Part shown: piece after piece, positions 10,950 to 21,648 of the stretch
Layout of the letters: each line of letters opens with the position of its first letter
Numbering within the stretch: the stretch's first letter is position 1
NCBI GenBank assembly: GCA_963729045.1
Contig: CAVSMN010000010.1
Location: forward strand, 64,001 to 128,000
DNA from: an uncultured Nitrososphaeraceae archaeon
GTDB taxonomy: Archaea > Thermoproteota > Nitrososphaeria > Nitrososphaerales > Nitrososphaeraceae
Reading direction: 5' to 3'
Length of the DNA: 64,000 nucleotides
Program-made: the position numbers and the translations under genes
Notes under the pieces: generated by a model
What the model was told of the DNA's origin: nothing
Databases searched by the model: none
The model's input: the letters and a program-made list of their open reading frames with translations, nothing else

Positions 10950-11064
10950 TTAGATTTTATTCCTTGATACAATAATAAATATTTTTTTTTATGAGACTAT
11001 AAAAATAGAAAGGTACTTGGTAAATAAAAGAAATCAAGAGATACAATTGCAGGAGTAAAAAAAA

Positions 11065-12870
11065 TTAGGTACGATTCTTGTCTGGATTAGTAGTTTTTGA
11101 TCCCTCCATATCCGAAATTGAAGTAGCAGTGGTTGATTCATTGGAATTAATCTGTTGGCGTAATTTTCCATCATTTTGATCATTCTTGATGGAATGTAAT
11201 GAACCAGTAGTGGTTCGTAAATTCGGATTATAGTCATTATCTGGTGTAGACCCAGTACTAGCATCAACACCTGTTGCGGAATTCTTTGAGGACGGCGGTA
11301 AAGAACTTCCTTTTGATGAGGATATTTCAGGAACCGGGACAGGTTTTTTGTCTTCTAGTGACTTATCCGAGGGGGCATTAAAGATACGATCCGAAGAATC
11401 GGATAGTTCACCAGCCTTGGCAGTTTTAGACGGTAATGACTTTGTGGAACCCGCACCAAAAGACGGGAAAACGAATTTGCGCTTATTGGTAGTTATAACT
11501 TCTACATTAGACTTGGTAAGTCCCCGATTAATATCTATAAAGATGGAACATTCCCGCAAATACAAGCATCAATATTCCTATCAAGAAGAGAGAGTAGTTC
11601 TTCATACCATTTAATACAGCGTAATATGCAGCTATGTTCAAGTATACTTGAAATGCTATTAACACTATAAAGAGAATATACAGCCATTTAGTCGGGAAGC
11701 TGTATTGGATTCTTCTCGGCGGGTTTTTGTTTCTTTGCATTAGCCTCTGCATTTTTCGCCAGCTTTATCATCAAGTACGTAAAGCCAAATGACAATGGAA
11801 CTAGCAATGCCATAACGGTGTATAGGAAAATCGGGTCAATTACCAATCGTTCCAACAAAGACTTGGTCCTATCGGGATCGATATAAAATCCCCAATAAGT
11901 AGTAATTATGATCTGCGCTATACTGGTTATACCTATCGCGGTTATAATCGGCCTGTCCTTCCAAGAGAATTTTTTGTACCTATCTATGAATGGAATTATT
12001 AACAAGTGTGAATATGAATAGTCCAGGCCATGCTACACCAGTAGTAAACTTATCGAATGCACTTCTTAAGAAAGAATACAGCCCTGTAAGATACCATTCT
12101 GGAACGGTGATTCCCGGCGGCACATTTGGATCAAATTTAAGTCCCATATCAATTGGAAATACACCTCCGGTCAACATTATCGCTCCCGCAACAGCCATCA
12201 CCATAGGAACATCAAATACCAAAAATCGTGGAAAATGTACTACCATTAATCCCAGCAGTACAATGGGCAAGAAGAAAACATGGAATGCATAGAATCTGAG
12301 TACAAAGTCGTGAAACCCAGACCCGAAGAACGCGTTCATCATGTCGGGCCCCAAAATGGGAATGGAATTAGTCAGCGACGCCGCTATAGAAATAGCTAGT
12401 TCAGCTCTTTCACTAAAAATGATATCATAGCCAGTAAAAGCCTCGAGAATAGTTAATACGCCTAACAAGATTCCTGTTACCCACAGCATTTCATTTCGGA
12501 TTTTATATCTACCACTGAAAAACTGGTAATACATGTGCAGTATTGCAAGCATAACCATCGCATTGGAGGCATGATAATGTATATTTCTCATATGGAATCC
12601 GTACGGTATCGTATCGTTAATCTTACTTACACTATCCCATGCTCTATCGAGTATAGGTTCATACCATAACATTAAGAAAGCTCCTGTGATACCCAATATG
12701 ATAAAGACTACAAAAGTCAACATACCAAGGAATCCAAGTGGGCTGACAAACTTGGTGGGTAATGTAAATTTTAGCCCCATGAATATAGTTCTATCGAAAC
12801 CGGTGTAAATCCACTTGAATAGCCTTACCAGGCTGTTATCTTGATTATGTAAGGAAGCGCCCATATCCAA
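11065..12870 (-). CDS. petB: Cytochrome b/b6 of complex III, split into four ORFs by three +1 frameshifts (~12003, ~11695, ~11532)
   Basis: Heme His pairs in RNIHYHASNAMVMLAILH and FHVFFLPIVLLGLMVVH; PEWY; IIPFIDR; the fragments 11980-12870, 11688-12005, 11528-11752 and 11065-11565 join by removing one base at each junction. Confidence 0.9.
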
Positions 12871-13459
12871 CTACCCCATTTCCAGATGGAGTCCAATTAG
12901 GAGGTTTGATCCAAACATTGCCTTCATCATCAACCTCTAGATCTAACATTGGTAAGACATTAGAAGGTGGCGCTTGAAGTGCGGCAGGCCCTGCAAAAGC
13001 TTCCCCGGTCAAAGGATCGTACATTGACCCGTGGCATGGACATTCCCCACGTTTTCTGCCGTCTTCAGGCCAATATTTCCACAAGCACCATAAATGCAAG
13101 CAAACCATACTAAACATTCTGAAGGCAGATGCATCATTTTTTTCTCCTCCAAGTTCTGGTGGTAGCCTAATAAATTGCCAGGTTCTGAATGCTTCTTCAT
13201 TTAATACAGGATCTTCGGATAATGGAAAAACAACAGCTTCAGCATGATTTATTTTGAATGTATTGACATTTGCTTGACTTCCGTCAGGCAGAACCACCTT
13301 TGATCGCTCTCCGGTACTTTCTTTCGGATTAGGCAAAAATTTTCCCCAATCTACGAAAGGAGTAAAGGTCATAACTGTACCTGCGGCTGCAAGCAATTTT
13401 AAAAAATCTCTACGTGAAATCTTGCCTCCGTCAACTTTTGGAGGTTGTCGTTGAGACAT
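12845..13459 (-). CDS. petC: Rieske 2Fe-2S subunit of complex III with Tat signal
   Basis: SRRDFLK Tat motif; CLHLWC and CPCHGSMY; TATA box at 13485-13492 favours the ATG at 13459. Confidence 0.95.
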   Translation of the reverse strand: MSQRQPPKVDGGKISRRDFLKLLAAAGTVMTFTPFVDWGKFLPNPKESTGERSKVVLPDGSQANVNTFKINHAEAVVFPLSEDPVLNEEAFRTWQFIRLPPELGGEKNDASAFRMFSMVCLHLWCLWKYWPEDGRKRGECPCHGSMYDPLTGEAFAGPAALQAPPSNVLPMLDLEVDDEGNVWIKPPNWTPSGNGVVGYGRFLT

Positions 13460-13679
13460 TATATTCAAAAATGTGGAAAGATATCTTATAAATCTTTATT
13501 TAGATTTTATATATTCAACACCATGGTTTTTCACAAATAAATTTTTAATTGATTTTACTTTTTCCAAAAAGAAAAGAATGCTTAGCAGTAGCAAGCTTTA
13601 AAATTGTTAAATCAAAACAATTATACAAAAAAAGACTAGTGTTTGTAGAAATTCAATTACAATTACAATTACATATATT

Positions 13680-14717
13680 TTAGTTCACATCAAGTCTTAT
13701 TCTAATAATTCCATTTCTAGCAGAAACATTTGATACACGGAGAATGGTATTCGCTGGATGTGGAACAGGTATATCATATCTCTTGTTAGTATCAATAATA
13801 AGTAAGGATAAGCTGTTTATTGATTCATCAAAATTTGCTTGAACTTGAGAATCACTCAAAGTATTCCGATCTTCTACTATTACATCGATGAATTTCTCTC
13901 CGATTATGATTTCCGGAATAAAGGATTTTTCCAATTTATCTTCATCCATGGATTTTGAACGGTCATTTCTATTTGAGGAGTCGTTTGAAAAAGAGGGCGA
14001 GGATATAGAAGACCTTCGTCGATAATTTTGTGAAGGGTATTGTTTTTGTTTAGAAAACATATTCGAAAAGAACTTCCATCCAAAAGCTGTTGCCAAGCCG
14101 ATAATGAATCCGCCTATGTGAGCTAGATATGCAACTCCGCCTGATTGACCGATTAATGCAAATACTAGTTGCATTATGAACCAAAATGGAATGTACGCTA
14201 TTGCAGGAATTCTGACGGTAGTTATAAAAAATGCAAATATGATGGTATGAATCTTGGCATGAGGAAAGAAAACTAGATAAGCGCCTAAAACACCTGATAT
14301 TGCTCCGGATGCACCAATTGCGGGTATACTTCCTTCACCTGTGGCTACAGCGTAAATACTGTGTGCAAAACCAGCCATAACCCCCCAAAAAAGATACAGC
14401 ATCAAATACTTGAAATGACCAAAACGATCCTCTAAATTATCGCCAAAAACGTGAAGAAAGAACATGTTACCTAAAAGATGTGCTATGCCTCCATGCATGA
14501 ACATTGAACTAAAAAGTGATCCCAGGTTTTGACCCGAAAGAATCAAATCTGGAATAGAACCATAGTTGTAAAATAATGCAATAACTGCGGATCTATTTGA
14601 AAAGTTAGAAGTTACAATGACTTCATAAATAAAAATGACAATATTCATGCCAATCAGACCATAGTTTACATATGGCCGTCCATTTAATCGAGGAGTATCA
14701 TCATGAATTGGGAACAT
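13680..14717 (-). CDS. Rhomboid intramembrane serine protease with C-terminal soluble domain
   Basis: MFPIHDD, FMHGGIAHLLGNMFFL, GASGAISG (Ser), AYLAHIGGF (His). Confidence 0.93.
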   Translation of the reverse strand: MFPIHDDTPRLNGRPYVNYGLIGMNIVIFIYEVIVTSNFSNRSAVIALFYNYGSIPDLILSGQNLGSLFSSMFMHGGIAHLLGNMFFLHVFGDNLEDRFGHFKYLMLYLFWGVMAGFAHSIYAVATGEGSIPAIGASGAISGVLGAYLVFFPHAKIHTIIFAFFITTVRIPAIAYIPFWFIMQLVFALIGQSGGVAYLAHIGGFIIGLATAFGWKFFSNMFSKQKQYPSQNYRRRSSISSPSFSNDSSNRNDRSKSMDEDKLEKSFIPEIIIGEKFIDVIVEDRNTLSDSQVQANFDESINSLSLLIIDTNKRYDIPVPHPANTILRVSNVSARNGIIRIRLDVN

Positions 14718-14764
14718 AATTAAAGCAGGTTGTCAATCATAAAATAGAAAAATATTTGTGTTTC

Positions 14765-14965
14765 TCATGTACCAAAAGGGTTGAAATTAGGCATATCGCT
14801 ATTCGTTTCACTATGAGCTTTTCTAATATGTCGTCTTAGCCGATCATCTTCTTCGAATATCATGTCACAATATTTGCATTTCTTTTTATTACCATCGTCC
14901 TCATTTTTTTTATTTTTATCCTTTGTATTTTTTTTATCTGTATTTTTTTTAGAAAATAATTTCAC
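14765..14965 (-). CDS. C2H2 zinc-finger microprotein
   Basis: CKYCDMIFEEDDRLRRHIRKAH. Confidence 0.75.
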   Translation of the reverse strand: MKLFSKKNTDKKNTKDKNKKNEDDGNKKKCKYCDMIFEEDDRLRRHIRKAHSETNSDMPNFNPFGT

Positions 14966-15060
14966 AATTATTTACAAAATGAGGATATAAATTAAAGTTG
15001 CTATTAACATCTTTTACCAAAATTCTACCAAACTAGAATAAAAGAATGAGTGGAATTTGA

Positions 15061-15291
15061 TTACTCCATTACTATCATAGTCAAAGTAGACTTTACCCCA
15101 TTCAGCTTTCTTAGCTTCCATGTTATAGTTTCTTTCACTTTATCCATGCTTTCGCCCTCTACTAAAGCTACTATATCATAGACACCATATACCTGATAAA
15201 CATGTTTTACTAAATCTATTTTTTTTAATTCATTAACAATTGATTCCTCACTACCCAATTCTGCATTCATAAGCACAAAAGCTTCTGGCAT
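15061..15291 (-). CDS. Stand-alone Lrp/AsnC ligand-binding (RAM) domain protein
   Basis: AFVLMNAELG, VYGVYDIVA, LRKLNGVKSTLTMIV. Confidence 0.9.
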   Translation of the reverse strand: MPEAFVLMNAELGSEESIVNELKKIDLVKHVYQVYGVYDIVALVEGESMDKVKETITWKLRKLNGVKSTLTMIVME

Positions 15292-15369
15292 ATACCAGAT
15301 AACTACCTATAACAAATATAAAAATGTGATTTAGATTCGAATTTATTAGTTCAATTGAATTTCAGAATA

Positions 15370-16179
15370 CTAGATTTCTGGACTTAATTTTGATTCATCA
15401 AATAATTTAGCCCTGGCCCATTCATAATCAAAAAAGTCTTCACACCACTCATGAAATGAGGTATCTTGGCTATAAAACATAATATTAAGATCAGGTTCCC
15501 CCTTTAGAGTCGGAAAGGATATGCAGGATTCTTTTTCATTAAATATCGTCACTATGTTTGTTTTATCCATCATTCGACGTTCTACAATTCCCTTAGACAC
15601 AAGATTTTTCCATCCAAGTTTTTTTAATAGTTCATTTCTTCCCTTGGGAATCACAACATCAGCCGGGAAGATATAACAGAATTTGACATTATTATTCACT
15701 CTTTCAGCTATGGTTTCTATCAAATCGATTGGAACTTGAGAGATGACCTCCTTGATATAGTCTTGAGAGTTGTGGTAAACAGCCTTCCATCGTTGAAGAA
15801 CAGCCATTACACCCACGACCACCTCACAATTGTTCAAAGAACCAATTCTCTGAATGAATTTTAAAGGTAGGTTACTAAGTGTATGTTCTTGGAAATAGTC
15901 TTTGTGTTTAAATGGGAAGTTGAAGTTTGGAATAAGAGAAACAATAATCTCACCATACGGAGTCAATAATAATTCGCCTTCTCCTGTTTTTTTCACAAGT
16001 TTTGAATCAATTAATCGGTTAATATTACGATGTGATTCCTGCATAGTGGCATTTAGATCCGTTGCCAGCTGAGATAAGCGATAGGGTTTTATGGATAATT
16101 TCATGAGCATGTATATCCGCAGGTCCCCTGCAAGTTCAAAGAAAACTGATTGAAAGTCATCGTCGGCCTGGCTGAGCAT
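15370..16179 (-). CDS. Winged-HTH transcriptional regulator with C-terminal DUF1724-like domain
   Basis: N-terminal HTH LSQLATDLNATMQESHRNINRL, LTPYG; C-terminal FHEWCEDFFDYEW. Confidence 0.8.
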   Translation of the reverse strand: MLSQADDDFQSVFFELAGDLRIYMLMKLSIKPYRLSQLATDLNATMQESHRNINRLIDSKLVKKTGEGELLLTPYGEIIVSLIPNFNFPFKHKDYFQEHTLSNLPLKFIQRIGSLNNCEVVVGVMAVLQRWKAVYHNSQDYIKEVISQVPIDLIETIAERVNNNVKFCYIFPADVVIPKGRNELLKKLGWKNLVSKGIVERRMMDKTNIVTIFNEKESCISFPTLKGEPDLNIMFYSQDTSFHEWCEDFFDYEWARAKLFDESKLSPEI

Positions 16180-16291
16180 ACGTTAAATTGAGAGAACTGG
16201 AATTTAAACTTGATAATTTAAATGAAGTAAACCTACGTAGGGTATAAAACAAAACGTTTTAATTGGTTTTGGTAATGATAAAATTTGAAGT

Positions 16292-16390
16292 GCCCGGGTA
16301 GTATAGAAATGCATTAATTGCATTGTAAAGTCCGGTCCAGTATGGGGGACTGTCACTCCCTTGACCCGGGTTCGAATCCCGGCCCGGGCG
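16292..16390 (+). tRNA. trnD: tRNA-Asp(GTC) with a 24-nt D-loop intron (16307-16330)
   Basis: Acceptor GCCCGGG/CCCGGGC; anticodon arm GGGGA-CTGTCAC-TCCCT (GTC at 16352-16354); T-arm CCGGG-TTCGAAT-CCCGG; removing 16307-16330 restores the D-arm. Confidence 0.93.
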
Positions 16391-16747
16391 CTTTATAGGA
16401 TTCTTGTTTCCTCCTCAGAATTTACCTCATTACTAATAGTAAGGTTCTTGATAATAGGACGTTATGAAAGGTCGATATTAAATTAGTAATTTTGATAGCA
16501 CCGTATATTTAGAAGTTTTTTGAATTCGTGCTATCAGTTGTTAAATAATATTTAACAATAGTATCAATGAACTTACACAAGAGGAACTTTGTTACAGATA
16601 TCAAAATTTTTAGGGTTCTTACAAAATAAACCATTCTGCGGAAAGTTAAGTCTAGAGAATACTGAACACAGACAGCCAGGATAATTACAAATAACCATGA
16701 ATTGACCAAAGCTAGTCTTAGTCAATTCTTAGATTTTGGATTTGGTT

Positions 16748-17017
16748 TTAGGATGGAATGGATGGATTCTTTTTGTCCGTCTTGGCATACCATCCATAGA
16801 GCGATACAGCCCATCCAACAATAATTAACATGATAGAGACAACTTCTGCATCTACCATCGGATTTCGGAATTCTACTTCATTAGGAGGAGATTGTATATT
16901 ATATTCCGTATCAGGTATAGCATCTTGAATTACAACAGGAGATGTAATCGATACCCCTATTACCCCAACCACTACCATGATTAAACCAGCTATTAATATT
17001 GGTTTATAACTGACCAT
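16748..17017 (-). CDS. Small two-TM membrane protein
   Basis: Two hydrophobic helices; TATA-like TTTATATA about 23 nt upstream. Confidence 0.7.
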   Translation of the reverse strand: MVSYKPILIAGLIMVVVGVIGVSITSPVVIQDAIPDTEYNIQSPPNEVEFRNPMVDAEVVSIMLIIVGWAVSLYGWYAKTDKKNPSIPS

Positions 17018-17846
17018 GCAAAGAACTACATTTTTTCCTATATAAATATAACTCTATTTTAATGGAGATAGTTAGAAAAAGTCTTACAACCAGATGCCAG
17101 CTACTTTATATCTAACGATCGAATGACCAATCAACAATAAAATATAGAAAATGCAATATATGTTGGTCAATTGCTCTTTACAGCCTAGAAAAAACATTAT
17201 AAGAATATTTTGATAATATTAGAAAAGTGAACCTGATTATTTTATATCTAACATATATAACGCTTTCAGAAGAATCATCCGATTTGAATTTCTACAAATA
17301 GAATTAGGAATTTTTTTTCAAGATATCCGATATCACGCGTAAGCGCAGTTGTCCAAAAAAAACATCAACAGTGACACAACGTAGTCAAACTATTTCATAC
17401 TCGGCTTCCTAAAGTCACCAATTACAATAAACTTCTCCATTAATCAAGTTTTTTTATCAATCCAATATCTGCAATATCATTTTTTGAACCCGTTGGATTT
17501 TCAGAATATGATCTACTCCATTAAAACGTAAATCAAATACCAAAATCTAAAGTTACTTTCTTATGTCATTTTTCTATTTATTGTCATTAGATCAATCGTG
17601 TTTTATTGATAGGAACATCAAAATGGTCAAATAATACTGTACAAAATATTGATAGTTATCAAAGTAACATCTACAGCTAAATTTTTCTGGATATTATATT
17701 TTTTACTACTGAAATTATAGTAATTCAACGTTTAAATAAACCGCATGTATGGACATTTGATATATTCTCTAGGACACTTTTATTATTGTTTTTTCTAGGA
17801 ATCACATTTATCAATAATTTCAAAGTTTATTTATTGTTCTTGTACT

Positions 17847-18017
17847 ATGATGTCTATGGACAATAATGATGAGAAAAATGGGGAAACATTGGATAGCGAC
17901 AAATTAAAAAAAGAAATGCTTAAACCTATAACCAAATCAAAAACTGAAGTAGACGAAGAATTAAAGGAGCTAGAAGTAGAAAGTTCGGGTGGTGGAAAAG
18001 ACGGTGGAGGAGGGTAA
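17847..18017 (+). CDS. 56-aa charged microprotein with Gly-rich C-terminus (not in the ORF track)
   Basis: MMSMDNNDEKNGETLDSDKLKKEMLKPITKSKTEVDEELKELEVESSGGGKDGGGG*; AAAGTTTATTTA promoter-like motif just upstream. Confidence 0.6.
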   Translation: MMSMDNNDEKNGETLDSDKLKKEMLKPITKSKTEVDEELKELEVESSGGGKDGGGG

Positions 18018-18062
18018 GAAAATCAAGCCTACTAATGAAATGAGAAGAGTGGCAGTACATGA

Positions 18063-18290
18063 TCATGGTCGTTTAGCAGGTATCCTTTTTTCGCCTAACA
18101 AATCGATTAGTTTTTTCTCATTTGGAGTTGAATTTGTCAATACTATTTCAGTAATTCCTGCATTTTCAAAACTGGACAACTTTTTGACACCATAGTCGTT
18201 TGTGATCTGAAACATTCACTTTTTCAATATATCGTCTTCTATGATTATCCAATCAGGTTTGTTGTACTAACGGGAATCTTACCCAATTTA
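18063..18290 (-). pseudogene. 3' remnant of an LLM-class (F420-dependent) oxidoreductase
   Basis: ...EDDILKK*MF... then KKLSSFENAGITEIVLTNSTPNEKKLIDLLGEKRIP resembles LLM C-termini; stops and frameshifts upstream. Confidence 0.45.
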
Positions 18291-18332
18291 AACCACATTT
18301 TATTATCAATCTACTTAATGGTAACAACAATA

Positions 18333-18731
18333 TTAGTTTTTGATTTGTTTATTGGGTCGTCTGTTCACTAAATCAACTGCTAATTCATTTAGCTTAGATA
18401 ACTTAAATGGTTTAATCAACAATTTAATGTTTTTAGCAACGAATTTTTTCTCACTATTAAAAGATTGTTTAACTGAATCATACGCAGAAATGATTAGAAT
18501 GGATGCAAATGGATACTTTCCAAAAATCTCATTTGCCGCTTCAAGCCCGTTCTTACCATCTGGAAGTTTGTAATCCAAAATAACAAGATCGGGTTTAAAC
18601 TCTTCATAGTCACCCAGAACATTTGAAGCGGTCGTGTTTGTAACAGAAATGTGATATCCCTTGTTTATTAGAAAATCTTTATATAAATTTAACAAATCCT
18701 GCTCATCTTCAATGATCATTATCTTTATCAC
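18333..18731 (-). CDS. Single-domain response regulator (receiver)
   Basis: IIEDE, LVILDYKLP, ISAY, LIKPF. Confidence 0.9.
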   Translation of the reverse strand: MIKIMIIEDEQDLLNLYKDFLINKGYHISVTNTTASNVLGDYEEFKPDLVILDYKLPDGKNGLEAANEIFGKYPFASILIISAYDSVKQSFNSEKKFVAKNIKLLIKPFKLSKLNELAVDLVNRRPNKQIKN

Positions 18732-19050
18732 TTCTGTAAGATATCAAGTACAACATACATTAATAAATTCTAATGTTTATGTTTTATAGATATATTCTAA
18801 TCTCAGATTCGGTTTAAATAGTCAAGATTAAAAATATTTATCCATCAACTCATCTTAAATGATTCCATAATTCTGCAGCCATTAGTATCAATATACGTTT
18901 ACTATTCATTTCTGACTAACATTTCAACTGCAAATCACATTTCAGAAAATTATGAATACATTATACGATCCTGACAAAAACGAGGTATTCTGTCAAAATG
19001 CGCATTCAGAATAAAACACACAGGTTTTGGTAAATTCTTACAATTTCTAC

Positions 19051-19284
19051 TTATTGTTTATATTTAGGGGCGTCTTGCTCAGAGACGGTAAAATGTAAAT
19101 TATGTCCATCAAAATTAGAAACTAATGTTTTAGGTATCATATATTTAGTTTTGTCAACTACACCTCTTTCTGCAATAATATAGTCTTCACTAATTTCTTG
19201 GACCTCCCCTAAATCATAATCATTAATCCCTCTTGCTTCCTTTTTAATTACATCTGACCAGTTTATATCCAGATTGCCCGACAT
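19051..19284 (-). CDS. Small PRC-barrel-like protein
   Basis: WSDVIKKEARGINDYDLGEVQEI...YMIPKTLVSNFDG. Confidence 0.7.
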   Translation of the reverse strand: MSGNLDINWSDVIKKEARGINDYDLGEVQEISEDYIIAERGVVDKTKYMIPKTLVSNFDGHNLHFTVSEQDAPKYKQ

Positions 19285-19743
19285 ACAATTTCATATAAAA
19301 CAAGTTTTAAATAGATCATATAATTGGATAAATGTTTTCTTGATTATTTCGAAGGAAGATAAATCTATGCTCAGATAGCGGGCCATATTTTTTATATGAC
19401 TCCATATCGAATTAACTAAAGATGTTTTCATACAGATTTTTATAGATAATAAGGCACTGGAATAAAGAATATTTTTACTATGATATTGGCTATCGTCGAG
19501 TATTAATACAGACCCTTAATGATTCAGAAGGGAATTTCTGCAATAATAACAATATAATACCCATAATAATCCAAAAAATATTCTATGGTATAATTCTCGA
19601 GGTGTACTAACTTAATTATTCGGATCGTTAAGATCAAAAATGACATGAATATCCTATTATTTTGGAGTCATTTTCGACTCATCTAGACGAGACTTGGATT
19701 TCTAGCAATAAATATAATAACTTCAGATACAATAATAGATCGG

Positions 19744-20025
19744 TTGAACACAGAAAAAGAAAGTAATGTTCCTACACCTGCTGCCTCAAAATCTGTGGAA
19801 TATGTTCTTTTAGATGGGTTTATAAACGAATTATGGGAAGTTGACTATGAAAATGGAATTGCATTAAATGTCACAGAGATAATAAAAGCAGAATTGGCAG
19901 GAAACGTAATAAAGTATTCCGGCAAGATCGAAGATTTCCTATCAAATGAAAGAGGTTTCAAGAAACTTCACTTTCATGAATCCGTCAACTTTCCTATGCG
20001 AGTACATTTTGAGACTTTAAAGTAA
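19744..20025 (+). CDS. Hypothetical protein
   Basis: 93-aa ORF with TATA-like element upstream. Confidence 0.55.
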   Translation: MNTEKESNVPTPAASKSVEYVLLDGFINELWEVDYENGIALNVTEIIKAELAGNVIKYSGKIEDFLSNERGFKKLHFHESVNFPMRVHFETLK

Positions 20026-20187
20026 TTAACAATAATCAATATCTATTTAAAATATTGCATCCATAGTTATACTACATATTAGATATTTAGATTAAAGGTC
20101 TAAAAGATAATGGTTATTTAAACGTGTTTTATCGCAACAAAAAATAGGATTTTTGAAAATTATGATGATTCAAAAAAAAGGAAATTA

Positions 20188-20630
20188 TTATTGTCCGAAT
20201 GGTGCCTGTAATTCAGCTCCACCATATGTACCTGCTGCATTAGGGTCAGCATCATCAACTGGTTCTTCAGTTATAATAAATTGTGTATAGGTATAAGGAT
20301 TTACCATGTTATCTGAGACTTTCAAGACTATTTCCATCAAGTGAACCTAAGCTTAACTTGTAGTTAGATCCGTCTGCGTCAACCAGCCATGCTTCAAAGA
20401 CTTTATCCTGTTTAGGCGTTGCAGTCATATTTACTGAAATATCTAATGTTTTATTTTGGGTATCGATTGAGAGTGTCCCTATCTTTTCTGTACCAAATCC
20501 AGGACCAGGATCTTTAGCTTTATTAATATCCATAGTCATGGGTTCGGCATTGGCTCGATTGTAAACCAAGAGTCATTGAAAATATAGTTGCAATCACAAT
20601 TCCAAATAACGATATATTTATTTTAGACAT
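20188..20630 (-). CDS. Secreted protein with RskA (anti-sigma K) C-terminal-like domain; two frameshifts
   Basis: Signal MSKIKYIVIGIVIATIFSMTLG; DKVFEAWLVD...KLSLG; other frame NPYTYTQFIITEEPVDDADPNAAGTYGGAELQAPFGQ*. Confidence 0.65.
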
Positions 20631-20816
20631 TGTAAAGATCTATTGTTCAAACTATAAATAGTTGATATAAAGAAAGAACACAAATATGTTTATCTAAAGA
20701 ATCTAAAAAAGAATTCCCCATATGGGAATTACAATCTGATGCTCAACCGAGGTTACCATATAGAGTACCAACAAGACAATTCTAGGAAAAATGAGATGAT
20801 ATGTTATATAAAATAT

Positions 20817-21023
20817 CTAAATATCTTTTACTTCTTCCTTTAACTTTTCTTCTTTGTATTCGGTGTCAAGGTCGGTGTTTGGATCTTTTATTTTGTTTCC
20901 TATGGCTTTAGCACCAGCTTTTATTTTATCTCCTGCTTCATCAAAGCCTTCTTCGACATGATCTGCGGTATCTCTCACATCCTGTTCGACGTCATCTTTT
21001 CTGTTAATAGGTTCTTCTGACAT
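20817..21023 (-). CDS. Small hydrophilic LEA/stress-type protein
   Basis: Charged helical sequence, AGDKIKAGAKAIGNKIKDP. Confidence 0.65.
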   Translation of the reverse strand: MSEEPINRKDDVEQDVRDTADHVEEGFDEAGDKIKAGAKAIGNKIKDPNTDLDTEYKEEKLKEEVKDI

Positions 21024-21111
21024 TACAACTTCTTGTGTAACAAAGTTTTTATTTATCCATAAAAATCGACTGGCAAGATTTGTTTTTCCTTTTACGAGAT
21101 CACAGATCTAT

Positions 21112-21648
21112 TTATTCCGATACTCTTATCTTTATTTTTACAGAGTACTCGGTAATATCTATTTCAGCAACTATTCCCAAAGTTTGTTTGAGCAATGATC
21201 TAAAAAATCCTGACAGAAACTTTGAACCCTTCCCTTCCAATCTATGTCTAATTACAATTATTTTGTACTCACCGGTAATCAATTCATCGTAAGTTCCAAT
21301 ATATCCATAAGTGCATACTATTTTTTCAATATATTCCAAAACACCATTAAATGTGATATCTTTTTTCCAAAATAGTATAGTATCATTTGGAATATCTTTG
21401 CCCATTTCAAGGCCAAAGTTATATGCATCATCGTCATTTAAACGACATAATAAAGACTTGAAAACTTCACGATTTACAATAAGCATGTCCAATTTTGATT
21501 GAAACCTCGTAAATTCAGCATACTGCTTAAGGACTGAATTAATCATAGCATTTACAGATATACCCATTCGCTCTGCCTCTGCATTTAGAATTTCAGAAAG
21601 GGATTTATCAATACGAAAGGATCTGACAGTAGACGATGGGCCATCCAT
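21112..21648 (-). CDS. RHH DNA-binding protein with C-terminal sensory-like domain
   Basis: TVRSFRIDKSLSEILNAEAERMGISVNAMINSVL is an RHH pattern. Confidence 0.75.
   Translation of the reverse strand: MDGPSSTVRSFRIDKSLSEILNAEAERMGISVNAMINSVLKQYAEFTRFQSKLDMLIVNREVFKSLLCRLNDDDAYNFGLEMGKDIPNDTILFWKKDITFNGVLEYIEKIVCTYGYIGTYDELITGEYKIIVIRHRLEGKGSKFLSGFFRSLLKQTLGIVAEIDITEYSVKIKIRVSE

Noticed and set aside
11065..12005. Three separate genes downstream of petB, including a separate petD
   Set aside because: They join PetB in frame after single-base corrections, with continuous motifs across the junctions
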